Shown here in pieces: positions 38,324 through 47,820 of a stretch of 64,000 nt of DNA. Positions within the stretch are counted from its first letter, which is position 1; every line of letters starts with the position of its first letter. The DNA is from Candidatus Pelagibacter sp. (lineage in GTDB: Bacteria; Pseudomonadota; Alphaproteobacteria; Pelagibacterales; Pelagibacteraceae). A program made the translations under genes and the position numbers. The notes under the pieces were generated by a model, which saw only the letters and a list, made by a program, of their open reading frames with translations, searched no databases and was not told the DNA's origin. The DNA lies in NCBI RefSeq assembly GCF_052049835.1, contig NZ_JBNGZF010000006.1:12191-76190 (forward strand). The letters are read 5' to 3'.

Positions 38324-39695
38324 CGATTAAATTTTCTTTTGGAAATGTTTTATTGTTTTCACCCTTAACACCTTTAAGGCTTTTTATAGTGACTGTATTT
38401 TCATTAAATTCATTTTCACCGCATATTATTGCAACATCTAACTCACGTTTATTTGCTAAGGTTAGTTGCTTGCCTAAATTTTTCTTTGTATCTAAAAAAA
38501 TTTCAGCATTGATATTATTATTTCTTAATAGATCTAAAATTTCATAGTAATTTTTAAGATATTTTTCATCCATTACACAAACTAAAACTGGTTTTTGACT
38601 ATCTACTTTTATTTGATCTAATTGCATCAAAGCAAATAACAACCGATCAACTCCAAAACTAATTCCAGTGCCTGGAATATCCACACCTTTAAATCTCGAG
38701 ATTAATTTTGCATAGGCTCCTCCAGAACAAATACTGCCTATATCGACTTCTTTGCCTTTGTTGTTTGTAACTTTAAAATTTAGATTTGTTTCAACAATGA
38801 AATCTGAATAATAAGCCAATCCCCTAACAATTGTAAAATTTGTTTTGACCTGATTTAAATTTGAACTGTAACCCAATACTTCAAATACTTGTTCTAATTC
38901 CTTTATACCTTCTTGAGACAATGGATTTTTTAATGTTTCTTTTAATTCTTTTAAATCTTTAATTTTTAAAAAATTTAGTATTTCAGATGCTTGTTCATCG
39001 TTTAAATCTGCACCCTTAGTGATTGCACCACTTATATCTTTTCTCTCTTTTTTGAGCAGATCTTCAACACCTTTTAAACCAAAACCTGGCTTGTCTAATT
39101 TATCAATTGCTCTAATTACTTTAATTTGCTTTTCTTCTGATATTTTTAAATCATCAATTAATCCTTGAACTATTTTTCTGTTACTAACGTTGATTGTAAA
39201 TTGATTTTTTTTTAAACCACAATCTAACAAGGTACTTGATATTAAATTGCAAAGCTCTGCATTTGCTTGCGCAGGATTAACATTTCCAACGATATCAAAA
39301 TCTGCTTGCATAAATTCTCTGTATCTTCCGTTACCAGCCTTTTCATTTCTAAAGACATTTTGAATAGCATACCTTTTAAAAATTGATGGAAGCTCTTGAT
39401 TATTTTGAGCAACAAATCTAGCTAGTGGGCTTGAAAGATCATACCTAAGAGTAATGCTCTTTTCTCCATCCTCAAATGAGAATACATCAGACATAGGATT
39501 AGCTTCATCTTCTGCCAAAAAAGATCCTATATTTTCACTTATCTCAAACGAAGGGGTTTCCAGAGCCTCTGCTCCAAATTTAATAAAATTATTCTCAATA
39601 GCTTTTAAAAGCTTTTTTTTGAGAAGAAGTTTTTTATCCCAACGATCTTCAAATCCTGAAGGTAATCCAGGAATTAATTTTTTTTCTTTATTCAT
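38301..39695 (-). CDS. hisS: Histidyl-tRNA synthetase
   Basis: PSGFED, LRYDLSSPLAR, FRNE, YREFMQADFD, VRGLAYY, GISFGVDRL. The true start is MNKEKK at 39695; the track extension to 39743 runs through tRNA-His. Confidence 0.95.
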   Translation of the reverse strand: MNKEKKLIPGLPSGFEDRWDKKLLLKKKLLKAIENNFIKFGAEALETPSFEISENIGSFLAEDEANPMSDVFSFEDGEKSITLRYDLSSPLARFVAQNNQELPSIFKRYAIQNVFRNEKAGNGRYREFMQADFDIVGNVNPAQANAELCNLISSTLLDCGLKKNQFTINVSNRKIVQGLIDDLKISEEKQIKVIRAIDKLDKPGFGLKGVEDLLKKERKDISGAITKGADLNDEQASEILNFLKIKDLKELKETLKNPLSQEGIKELEQVFEVLGYSSNLNQVKTNFTIVRGLAYYSDFIVETNLNFKVTNNKGKEVDIGSICSGGAYAKLISRFKGVDIPGTGISFGVDRLLFALMQLDQIKVDSQKPVLVCVMDEKYLKNYYEILDLLRNNNINAEIFLDTKKNLGKQLTLANKRELDVAIICGENEFNENTVTIKSLKGVKGENNKTFPKENLIDEVKKLI

Positions 39696-39699
39696 TTTT

Positions 39700-39774
39700 T
39701 GGTACCCGGGCTGAGAGTCGAACTCAAACTTAAAGTTCCACAAACTTCCGTGCTAACCATTACACCACCCGGGC
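39700..39774 (-). tRNA. tRNA-His (GUG), no G-1, discriminator A73
   Basis: GCCCGGG TG GTGT AATGGTTA GCAC G GAAGT TTGTGGA ACTTT AAGT TTGAG TTCGACT CTCAG CCCGGGT A CCA; the base before G1 is A. Confidence 0.95.
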
Positions 39775-39950
39775 TTATCCTCTTTGTTTTTATCTTATTT
39801 TATGTGGATTTAAAATTATAATATAAATAAATAGCCTACTGGCTATGGAAACAGTTTCTGTGAGTACTTCTAAAAGTCTTTCTGTATGTAATATTTATAT
39901 TCATGGTCAGTCTTTTAGACAAAAAAAATTAATATTCAAGGTCTAAATAG

Positions 39951-39991
39951 AAAAAGGACGTTTATCTATTTGATAGATAAAACGCCCTTTT
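39951..39991. terminator. Intrinsic (probably bidirectional) terminator downstream of the cold-shock gene
   Basis: Near-perfect inverted repeat AAAGGACGTTTATCTA-tttga-TAGATAAAACGCCCTTT flanked by A and T runs, 15 nt past the csp stop. Confidence 0.75.
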
Positions 39992-40005
39992 AAATAATTT
40001 CTAAA

Positions 40006-40218
40006 TTAGTCTATTTTTTTTAAATTAACTGCAGAAGGACCTTTGGGACCATCTTCTAATGTGAATTCAAGTTTATCACCTTCATTGAGATATCTCATAC
40101 CAGCAGCTTTTACCGCTGAAGCATGAACAAAGGCATCTTTTTCTTTATCATCTCTTTCAATGAAGCCATATCCCTTTTTACCATTATACCATTTAATTTT
40201 TCCTTGTAGTGTACTCAT
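40006..40218 (-). CDS. Cold-shock protein (CspA family)
   Basis: GKIKWYN..KGYGFI (RNP1), AFVHASA (RNP2), GPKGPSAVNL. Confidence 0.96.
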   Translation of the reverse strand: MSTLQGKIKWYNGKKGYGFIERDDKEKDAFVHASAVKAAGMRYLNEGDKLEFTLEDGPKGPSAVNLKKID

Positions 40219-40298
40219 CTTATTTCTTAGTCCTTTTGTTATTTATTATCTCTTAAAGGTAATTTCTTTTAAGATTATTTCAAGATGAAACTTTGTGG

Positions 40299-40373
40299 TG
40301 GTGGCTGAGGAAGGATTCGCACCTCCGACACAAGCCTTTTCAGGGCTCTGCTCTACTCCTGAGCTACTCAGCC
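40299..40373 (-). tRNA. tRNA-Phe (GAA) with atypical D- and T-loops
   Basis: GGCTGAG TA GCTC AGGAGTA GAGC A GAGCC CTGAAAA GGCTT GTGTC GGAGG TGCGAAT CCTTC CTCAGCC A CCA; all four stems pair. Confidence 0.92.
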
Positions 40374-40377
40374 TTAT

Positions 40378-40593
40378 TTATCCCCTAAAGATAATTCTGC
40401 CTTTAGTAAGATCGTAAGGTGTCATTTCAACTGTCACATTATCACCTTGGAGAACTCTAATTCTGTTTTTTCTTAACTTACCTGCAGTATGAGCAGTCAC
40501 TGTGTGCCCGTTCTCGAGCTTTACTCTGAACATTGCATTAGGAAGTAGGTCTATCACTGTACCTTTAAATTCCAGTAAGTCTTGTTTTGACAA
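40378..40593 (-). CDS. infA: Translation initiation factor IF-1, TTG start
   Basis: [40 protein letters not shown]. Confidence 0.98.
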   Translation of the reverse strand: MSKQDLLEFKGTVIDLLPNAMFRVKLENGHTVTAHTAGKLRKNRIRVLQGDNVTVEMTPYDLTKGRIIFRG

Positions 40594-40595
40594 AT

Positions 40596-41879
40596 TTATT
40601 TTCTCCTTATTCGTTTTACTACAGATTGAGCGTGTCCAACCAACCCTTCGTAATTTGCAAGTGTTATAACTGATGGTCCAAGACTTTCAATACCCTTTTT
40701 TGATAAGTTTACGTATGAAATCCTTTTATAAAATTCATTTACACTAATACCGCTTGAGTATTTTGCAGAACCATTAGTTGGCAACACATGGTTTGATCCA
40801 ACATTATAATCGGTCATTGCCATCACTGCATATTTTCCTAAACATATTGACCCTGAATTTTTTATTTTTGGAACTAACTGTTTAAAATTTTTAATATTTA
40901 ATTCTAAATGTTCTGGTGCAATTTTATTTACAACACTTATTACTTTAGCGTCTGAAGAAATATACAAAAGAATTCCATTATTAATTAAACTTTTTCTTGC
41001 AACAGAAGCTCTTGGAATTTCTTTTAATTGTTTAGTAATTTCAATTTTTACTTTATCTAGCAAATCTTTATCTTTTGAAATCAAAATACATTGTGCAAGA
41101 ATATCATGTTCAGCTTGTCCAATTAAATCACTTGCAACCCACTCAGGATTTGAGAATTTGTCACAAACGACAGTCACTTCTGAAGGACCTGCAGTCATAC
41201 CTTCAATTCCAACAACACCAAAAACTTCTTTTTTTGCAGCCGCAACATAGGCGTTTCCTGGACCAACTATTTTATGTACTTTTTTAATTTTTTTAGTCCC
41301 ATAGGATACTGCTGCAATAGCAGAAGGGCCTCCGATAGAATAAATTTCTTTTATTTTGCATTTTTTTGCAGCGTATAATACGGCTGGATTTTGTTTTCCT
41401 TTATAGCCTGGATTAATCATAACTATTCTCTTAACGCCTGCAACAATTGCTGGAATAGCATTCATCAATACACTTGATGGGTATGAAGCAGTAGAACCAG
41501 GAACATAAATTGCAACAGACTCTAAAGGCACATATTTATATTCAAGTTTGTTTTTTAATTTATCTGTATAAGAAATATTTTTAAATTTTTGAAGTGAATG
41601 AAATTTATAAATTCTATTATAAGCCGTATCGATTGCTTTCTTTACTTTTTTATCAAGTGAATTTATAGATTTTTTTATTTGTTTTGTGCTTGGGATAATT
41701 ATGTTGTTTTGATTAAATCTTTTCTCATATTTTAATAATGCTTTATCTCCATTTTTTTTAACATCTTTAATTATATTTGTTACAGAAACAGAGTCTGATT
41801 GAATTTTTTTTTTTCTCTGTAAAAGCAAATTCTCTAATAATTTATCAAAATTTTTGCTTTTACTATTTAGTATCTTCAT
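40596..41879 (-). CDS. hisD: Histidinol dehydrogenase
   Basis: [51 protein letters not shown]. Confidence 0.97.
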   Translation of the reverse strand: MKILNSKSKNFDKLLENLLLQRKKKIQSDSVSVTNIIKDVKKNGDKALLKYEKRFNQNNIIIPSTKQIKKSINSLDKKVKKAIDTAYNRIYKFHSLQKFKNISYTDKLKNKLEYKYVPLESVAIYVPGSTASYPSSVLMNAIPAIVAGVKRIVMINPGYKGKQNPAVLYAAKKCKIKEIYSIGGPSAIAAVSYGTKKIKKVHKIVGPGNAYVAAAKKEVFGVVGIEGMTAGPSEVTVVCDKFSNPEWVASDLIGQAEHDILAQCILISKDKDLLDKVKIEITKQLKEIPRASVARKSLINNGILLYISSDAKVISVVNKIAPEHLELNIKNFKQLVPKIKNSGSICLGKYAVMAMTDYNVGSNHVLPTNGSAKYSSGISVNEFYKRISYVNLSKKGIESLGPSVITLANYEGLVGHAQSVVKRIRRK

Positions 41880-41881
41880 AA

Positions 41882-42274
41882 CTATTTAGTTTCACTTTGA
41901 TCCTCTAATCTTGCTTCAATAGTTTCTGTAGTTAAAGCAATATGAGCATTATTATTAAAAATAAGATTTATTTCATAAACATCATGATTTTTCAAATAAT
42001 CTATACCTATTAGTTCTAAAACTGTTTCTTGATTTGATTGATCAATGTTCTTTGATCTTACTTTATCAACAAAATCAAACCTACAAATGCTATTGATTTT
42101 TTTATCTTCCTGATCACTTTCAACCTTGGTTCTTTCAATTGATAATAAAAAAACCTTATTGGATGCAAGATATTTTATATCTGTAATTTTAACCTTAGCC
42201 CCTGAACTACAAGCTGAAATCATTTGTAAGCCTTCTTGGTCGCTTGCTATTATTTTTGCTAAATATTTATTCAC
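41882..42274 (-). CDS. DUF2948-family protein
   Basis: LQMISAC, VLELIGI, IEARLED; occupies the usual murA-DUF2948-hisD position of alphaproteobacteria. Confidence 0.85.
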   Translation of the reverse strand: MNKYLAKIIASDQEGLQMISACSSGAKVKITDIKYLASNKVFLLSIERTKVESDQEDKKINSICRFDFVDKVRSKNIDQSNQETVLELIGIDYLKNHDVYEINLIFNNNAHIALTTETIEARLEDQSETK

Positions 42275-43533
42275 TATTTTAATCTTTTAATTTTAACACC
42301 TATTTTTTTTAATTTATTTTCTATTTTTTCATAACCTCTATCTAAGTGATAAATTCTGTTAATATATGATTTACCAGTAGAAACTACAGCTGCTAGAACC
42401 AAAGCAACAGAAGCTCTTAAATCACTAGACATTAATTCGGCACCAATGAATTTAGTATTTCCTTCTATTGTCGCAGTATTATTTTTAATATTTATTTTTG
42501 CTCCTAATCTTTGCAATTCTGCAACATGCATAAATCTATTTTCAAAAATACTTTCAGTTATTGAACTTTTGCCAACTGCTTTGCACATTAAAACCATTAA
42601 TTGTGCTTGAAGGTCTGTAGGAATGCCAGGAAACTCTTTAGTTTTAATACTTTTTATAGATTTTATTTTTTCAGGTCCCTTAATTAAGATTGTATTTTCA
42701 CTAGTTTTAATTTTAGCACCAACTTTTTTTAGTAATTTTATTTCTGTATTAATAATTTTAGGATTTAAATTATTTATATTTAAATTACCTTTTGCAAGTG
42801 TTGCGGCTACACAAAATGTGCCTGCTTCTATTCTATCAGCCATTACAGAATATTCAGTTTCATGTAAAGAATTTACACCTATGATTTTACAAACTCTTCC
42901 TTTCCATTTTATTTTCGCTCCAGCTTTATTTAAAAAATTTGTAAGATCTTTAATCTCAGGTTCTATTGCACAATTTTTTAAAACTGTTTTTCCTTTTGCT
43001 AAACATGCTGCTATTATAGAATTTTCAGTTGCCCCAACACTTATCTTTGGAAAATTTATAATTGTTCCACTAAGTTTTCCTTTTGATTTTGCAAGAATAT
43101 ATCCATCTTTTAATTCATATTTCATACCAAGTTTTTTTAATGCAGCTAGATGATAATTAACTGGTCTTGCACCAATTAAACATCCGCCAGGTAAAGAGAT
43201 TTTAGATTTATTGTATTTTGAAATAAGTGGACCTAAAACTAAAATAGAGCCACGCATTGTTTTGACTAAAGAATAACTAGCAAAAGTTTTCATATTTTTT
43301 TTATTTATAATTTTTGCTGTTTTTTTATCTCTTGATAAAATTATTTTAGAACCAAGAGACTTTAATAAATTTAACATTGTATTAATGTCCCTAACTCTTG
43401 GTAAATTTTTGATAATAACAGGTTTATCAAATAATAATGTTGCAGCTAATATCGGTAGGGATGCATTCTTCGAACCTGAAATTGAAACATTACCCTTCAT
43501 TTTACAAGGGCCATTAATCAGAAATTTATCCAT
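42274..43533 (-). CDS. murA: UDP-GlcNAc 1-carboxyvinyltransferase
   Basis: SGSKNASLP, KTMRGSI, LPGGCLIGARPV (catalytic Cys), EPEI, DRIEAGT, TDLQAQ, HLDRGYE. Confidence 0.98.
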   Translation of the reverse strand: MDKFLINGPCKMKGNVSISGSKNASLPILAATLLFDKPVIIKNLPRVRDINTMLNLLKSLGSKIILSRDKKTAKIINKKNMKTFASYSLVKTMRGSILVLGPLISKYNKSKISLPGGCLIGARPVNYHLAALKKLGMKYELKDGYILAKSKGKLSGTIINFPKISVGATENSIIAACLAKGKTVLKNCAIEPEIKDLTNFLNKAGAKIKWKGRVCKIIGVNSLHETEYSVMADRIEAGTFCVAATLAKGNLNINNLNPKIINTEIKLLKKVGAKIKTSENTILIKGPEKIKSIKSIKTKEFPGIPTDLQAQLMVLMCKAVGKSSITESIFENRFMHVAELQRLGAKINIKNNTATIEGNTKFIGAELMSSDLRASVALVLAAVVSTGKSYINRIYHLDRGYEKIENKLKKIGVKIKRLK

Positions 43534-43536
43534 AAA

Positions 43537-44097
43537 TTACTTTTTAATCTTAGCAACTTGAATTGTGGTTTGACCCTGATATTTACCGTTCTTTGATTTA
43601 TAAGTTGTTTCTGGCTGAGTATCTGATTTGAAAAATAAAAATTGTGCTATTCCCTCGTTTGAGTAAATTTTTGCAGGGTTAGGTGTTGTATTACTTAGCT
43701 CAATTACAATGTTGCCCTCAAATTCATTTTCAATTGGAGTAACATTACAAATAATTCCTGTCCTCGCATAAGTGCTTTTTCCAACACAAATACATAAAAC
43801 GTCTTTTGGTATTCTAAAATATTCTACTGTTTTAGCTAATACAAATGAATTTGGTGGTATAATACAGTGTGGTCCTTTTCGTTCTATAAAGTTATCATCA
43901 GAAAAATTCTTTGGATCAACTAAAGAACTATTAACATTGGTAAAAATTCTATATTCATCTGAGATTCTCACATCATATCCCATACTACTTAATCCATACG
44001 AAATTTTTCCCTCAGATACTTGATGATCCAAAAATGGCTCTATCATATTATGCTCTTTACACATTTTTTTAATCCAAGAATCAGGTTGAATTGACAT
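43537..44097 (-). CDS. dcd: dCTP deaminase
   Basis: [53 protein letters not shown]. Confidence 0.96.
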   Translation of the reverse strand: MSIQPDSWIKKMCKEHNMIEPFLDHQVSEGKISYGLSSMGYDVRISDEYRIFTNVNSSLVDPKNFSDDNFIERKGPHCIIPPNSFVLAKTVEYFRIPKDVLCICVGKSTYARTGIICNVTPIENEFEGNIVIELSNTTPNPAKIYSNEGIAQFLFFKSDTQPETTYKSKNGKYQGQTTIQVAKIKK

Positions 44098-44198
44098 TAT
44101 TTATTTTTCTTTTTATTTTTTTTTTGGAAAATTTTTCTTTTCTTCAAATTTTTTCTAAGCGCCAAGCTTAAACGCTCATTTTTTTCTTTTGAAATCAT
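44097..44198 (-). CDS. 33-aa basic small protein (not in track)
   Basis: [33 protein letters not shown]. Its ATG overlaps the upstream stop (ATGA) and its TAA overlaps the dcd ATG (TAATG). Confidence 0.8.
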   Translation of the reverse strand: MISKEKNERLSLALRKNLKKRKIFQKKNKKKNK

Positions 44199-44395
44199 TC
44201 TTTGTTTGGGTTAGTCAGGAAATCTAAAGAAATTGGTTTATTGGGATCTAGTGTAGTTGCTTTTTCCTCTTCTTTTTTTGGGCCTTCTTTAGCTAAGCGT
44301 TTAGCTTTTTTTTCAGCAAGCTTTCTCTCTCTTTTAGCTTGCTTTTCCATAAGCTTATTACCTTTAGTTGATTTATAGTCGTAATGAATTCCCAT
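44195..44395 (-). CDS. 66-aa lysine-rich hypothetical protein
   Basis: ATG-started ORF at the head of the dcd-murA-hisD operon, coupled by an ATGA overlap to the next ORF; no recognisable domain. Confidence 0.75.
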   Translation of the reverse strand: MGIHYDYKSTKGNKLMEKQAKRERKLAEKKAKRLAKEGPKKEEEKATTLDPNKPISLDFLTNPNKE

Positions 44396-44495
44396 AACAT
44401 TTTCCTAAAATAGATATAAATCATATTCATCAAAAAATTAAGGCAATAATTTGAAAAAAATGCTTTATTATCAATAAAATACAATTTGTCTCTAA

Positions 44496-44569
44496 GCTCC
44501 TGTAGTTAAATGGTATAACAAGTCATTGGTAATGACTAGTTCCCTGGTCAGTACAGGGTGGGAGCACCA
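44496..44569 (+). tRNA. tRNA-Thr (GGU) with non-canonical T-loop
   Basis: GCTCCTG TA GTTA AATGGTA TAAC A AGTCA TTGGTAA TGACT AGTT CCCTG GTCAGTA CAGGG TGGGAGC A CCA. Confidence 0.88.
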
Positions 44570-45292
44570 CTAATTTCTATAAAAAAATTTTCTCAAAAAT
44601 ATCGTAATCAGAATTAAAATAAAGAAAGCTGTAATAGGAACATATATATCAGGTGAAAATATTATATCAGTTATTCCAGGTAACTCGGCATTTTGGTCTA
44701 TAATTTTTTCTAATCCACTCCCAATAGAAACTGCTAAAAAAATTTGAGGAATTATTCCAATCAATGTAGCAAAGAAAAAATTTATAACCTTAACATTAAA
44801 TAAGGTTGGTAAGAGACAGCTCAGCTGCCAAGGTATACCACCTATAAAACGGTAAATTAATAAGTAAATAAATTCAGATTGTTTAAATTTTATTTCTAAG
44901 TTTTGAAATTTATTTAAAAATTTTTCTCTAATGAGCTGTTTTAAAAAATAATTTCCAAAAATATACAAAAAGGTAGCACCAATACTCAAGCCCAAAACAA
45001 CAACAAGTGTCCCTATCCATTTTCCAAAAATAAATCCACCCATTAAAGCAACTGGAGATCCAAATCCTAAAAAAGGGAAAACCCAAAGAATAGTTAATGC
45101 TAAATAAATAATAGAAATTAAAAATAAGTTAGATTTTTTAAGTTCAAAAAAATAAGATTGGTTATCTCTTAGAAAGTCATAGGATGTAATTTCCGAGAGA
45201 CTAAATTTTGAGAAAAAGAAATACAAAAATAAGCCAACAATTAATAAATAAGACAATCCAATAAATAATTTAATTTTTTTTGTATTTTCCAT
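44570..45292 (-). CDS. TVP38/TMEM64 (DedA/VTT) family membrane protein
   Basis: Multiple TM helices, GGFIFG..G, YRFIGGIP, FFFATLIGIIP. Confidence 0.88.
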   Translation of the reverse strand: MENTKKIKLFIGLSYLLIVGLFLYFFFSKFSLSEITSYDFLRDNQSYFFELKKSNLFLISIIYLALTILWVFPFLGFGSPVALMGGFIFGKWIGTLVVVLGLSIGATFLYIFGNYFLKQLIREKFLNKFQNLEIKFKQSEFIYLLIYRFIGGIPWQLSCLLPTLFNVKVINFFFATLIGIIPQIFLAVSIGSGLEKIIDQNAELPGITDIIFSPDIYVPITAFFILILITIFLRKFFYRN

Positions 45293-45389
45293 GATTCTTC
45301 TTATTTTAGTGCTTAATCTTCTATTTGCTATTTTAATTATTACTAATATAAAGGGGCAAAAATTATAAAAAACTATATCAAATCTAATT

Positions 45390-45530
45390 ATGAAAAGAAC
45401 TTATCAACCCTCAAATAAAAAAAGAGCTCGAAAACACGGCTTTCGTTCAAAAATGAAAACTAAAGGTGGTAAAAAGCTTTTGGCTAGAAGAAGAGCAAGA
45501 GGAAGAAAAACACTAACTGTTTCCTTATAG
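45390..45530 (+). CDS. rpmH: 50S ribosomal protein L34 (not in track)
   Basis: [46 protein letters not shown]; directly upstream of rnpA. Confidence 0.98.
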   Translation: MKRTYQPSNKKRARKHGFRSKMKTKGGKKLLARRRARGRKTLTVSL

Positions 45531-45534
45531 AATA

Positions 45535-45876
45535 ATGAAAAGCAAAATACTTGCTCTTTCAAAAAACGAAGAATTTAAAAATTTACTTAAACAAAAAAAG
45601 ATTACCAATAAATACGTAAGTATTTTTTTTGGAAGATTATTTAATAAAGATAAAAAAAGACTAAATATCAGTTTTGTGACTAAGAAAAAAATTGGTAATG
45701 CAGTAAAGAGAAATAAAATTAAAAGAAGATTAAGAAACATTATGAATGAAGCTGTTAAAAAAGTAGAGATAAACTTTGATTATTCATTTCTTGTTATAGC
45801 CAAGTCTTCTATGCTAAATAATGAATACAAAATTATAAAAGAAACTCTTTTTCAGGATTTTGCAAAAATAAAATAA
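45535..45876 (+). CDS. rnpA: RNase P protein
   Basis: [17 protein letters not shown] (RNR motif). Confidence 0.95.
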   Translation: MKSKILALSKNEEFKNLLKQKKITNKYVSIFFGRLFNKDKKRLNISFVTKKKIGNAVKRNKIKRRLRNIMNEAVKKVEINFDYSFLVIAKSSMLNNEYKIIKETLFQDFAKIK

Positions 45877-46127
45877 TGAATATATTTACATTAATTTTAA
45901 TTAAATTTATCAAAGCTTATAAATATTTGATTAGTCCATTATTGGGTCACTCTTGTAGATATTTACCAACATGTTCTGAATACAGCATAGATGCTTTAAA
46001 AGAATACGGTTTTTTTAAAGGTTTATTAATTAGTATAAAAAGAATTTTATCCTGCCATCCAATAAAATTTTTAGGGGGTGGCGAAGGGTTTGATCCAGTT
46101 AAAAAAGAAATGAAGGATAATAAATAA
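45876..46127 (+). CDS. yidD: Membrane insertion efficiency factor
   Basis: [30 protein letters not shown]. Confidence 0.96.
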   Translation: MNIFTLILIKFIKAYKYLISPLLGHSCRYLPTCSEYSIDALKEYGFFKGLLISIKRILSCHPIKFLGGGEGFDPVKKEMKDNK

Positions 46128-47806
46128 TGGAAACTAGAAACATAATTGCTGCCATAAGTTTATCAGCTGCTGTAATTATATTATACTCGCTATTTTTCGC
46201 GCCACCTCCTGTAACGAAAGAAAATTTAATTGAAAAAACTAATACTGAGCAGAATTCAGATGCACCTAGTCTTGATCAAAAAGAAAACGTATCTGAAATT
46301 TCACGAGAAGAAGCGTTACAACAAAGTGAAAGAATTCAGTTTGAGAACGAAAGTATTGTTGGATCTATTTCATTAAAAGGTGCTGCAATAGATGATCTAA
46401 CTTTCAAAGAATATAATATAAGTTTAGAAAGCGATGAAAAAGTAAAATTTCTCGCACCACGAGGTTCTACAGAAGGCTATATAATAGAAAGTGGTTTTAT
46501 AACTACCGATAAAAATATCGATATTCCGAATGCAGATTCAATTTGGTCAGTTTATGGAAATAATAAATTAACTGATCAATCTCCTATAAAACTAAGTTGG
46601 ACTAATGATCAAGGCATCACTTTTGAAAAAGAAATTGCATTAGATGATAAGTTTTTATTCACAATAAAACAAAGGATAATAAATTCTACTGATAAAAACT
46701 ATGACTTTTATTCTTATGGACAAATTATAAGAAATCAAATCCCAGAAGGTTTGACCGATTTTTACATTCTTCATGAAGGCCCTATCGCTACATTAGATGA
46801 AGAATTAATTGAGGAAGATTATGACGATATTGAAGAGAAAAAATTTTCAAGAACTGCTCAAAAAGGATGGTTAGGTATAGGAGATAAATATTACATATCA
46901 ACTCTAATTCCACCAAGAGAAAAAGAATTTAAAACTACGATGGATTACAAAAACAAGTACAGAATAAACTTTGTTACAACAGAACCATTAGAGTTAACTG
47001 GAAACTCCTCTATAGAAGAAAACTTACAAGTAATAGTAGCTGCAAAAAGAGTTGACGTAATTGATGGGTACGCAGAATCATTAAAAATTGATAAATTTGA
47101 TCTTACGATTGATTGGGGATTCTTATACTTTTTAACACGTCCTTTGTTCACTGCTTTAGAATATTTCTTTAAAATATTTGGTAATTATGGATTAGCAATT
47201 ATTGCTGTTACTGTTTGTATTCGTGTAGCATTTTTTCCACTTGCTAATTTTTCATTCAGAAGCATGGCTAAAATGAAAGCTCTTCAGCCTGAGATGGCAA
47301 GACTTAAAGAAGTACACAAAGATGACAAAATGAAATTGCAACAAGCAATGATGGCTCTTTATAAAAAAGAGAAGGTAAATCCTATGAGTGGGTGTCTTCC
47401 CATTTTGATTCAAATTCCGGTATTCTTTGCTCTTTATAAGGTTTTATTTGTTACGATAGAAATGCGTCATATGCCTTTTTATGGTTGGATCCAAGATTTA
47501 AGTGCTAAGGATCCTACTTCAATATTTAATTTATTTGGATTGTTTCCTTATAATGTACCTTCTTTCCTTGTAATTGGAGCATGGCCAGTTGCTATGGGGG
47601 TATCAATGTGGGTGCAACAAAAGTTGAATCCTGCTCCAACAGATCCAATGCAAGCAAAAATATTTATGTTCTTCCCTTTATTTTTAACAGTAATTCTTGC
47701 ACCATTCCCAAGTGGGCTAGTAATTTATTGGACAGTTAATAACATTTTAACAATGGCTCAGCAGGTTGTAATAATGAAACGTACAACAGTTAAAACTGCA
47801 ACCTAA
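46127..47806 (+). CDS. yidC: Membrane protein insertase
   Basis: IDWGFLYFLTRP, GNYGLAII, SMAKMKALQP, NPMSGCLP, FYGWIQDLSAKDP, IYWTVNN. Confidence 0.98.
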   Translation: METRNIIAAISLSAAVIILYSLFFAPPPVTKENLIEKTNTEQNSDAPSLDQKENVSEISREEALQQSERIQFENESIVGSISLKGAAIDDLTFKEYNISLESDEKVKFLAPRGSTEGYIIESGFITTDKNIDIPNADSIWSVYGNNKLTDQSPIKLSWTNDQGITFEKEIALDDKFLFTIKQRIINSTDKNYDFYSYGQIIRNQIPEGLTDFYILHEGPIATLDEELIEEDYDDIEEKKFSRTAQKGWLGIGDKYYISTLIPPREKEFKTTMDYKNKYRINFVTTEPLELTGNSSIEENLQVIVAAKRVDVIDGYAESLKIDKFDLTIDWGFLYFLTRPLFTALEYFFKIFGNYGLAIIAVTVCIRVAFFPLANFSFRSMAKMKALQPEMARLKEVHKDDKMKLQQAMMALYKKEKVNPMSGCLPILIQIPVFFALYKVLFVTIEMRHMPFYGWIQDLSAKDPTSIFNLFGLFPYNVPSFLVIGAWPVAMGVSMWVQQKLNPAPTDPMQAKIFMFFPLFLTVILAPFPSGLVIYWTVNNILTMAQQVVIMKRTTVKTAT

Positions 47807-47820
47807 TTAAAAAATAATAA

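Noticed and set aside
36579-39695. hisS and hisZ as a gene duplication or pseudogene
   Set aside because: HisZ is the established HisRS-like regulatory subunit required by short-form HisG.
39696-39743. N-terminal extension of HisS given by the ORF track (MWNFKFEFDSQPGYQK)
   Set aside because: It is the tRNA-His gene read as codons.
39700-44569. tRNA genes as integration sites with att duplications
   Set aside because: I saw no second copy of any tRNA 3' end, and the flanking genes are core.
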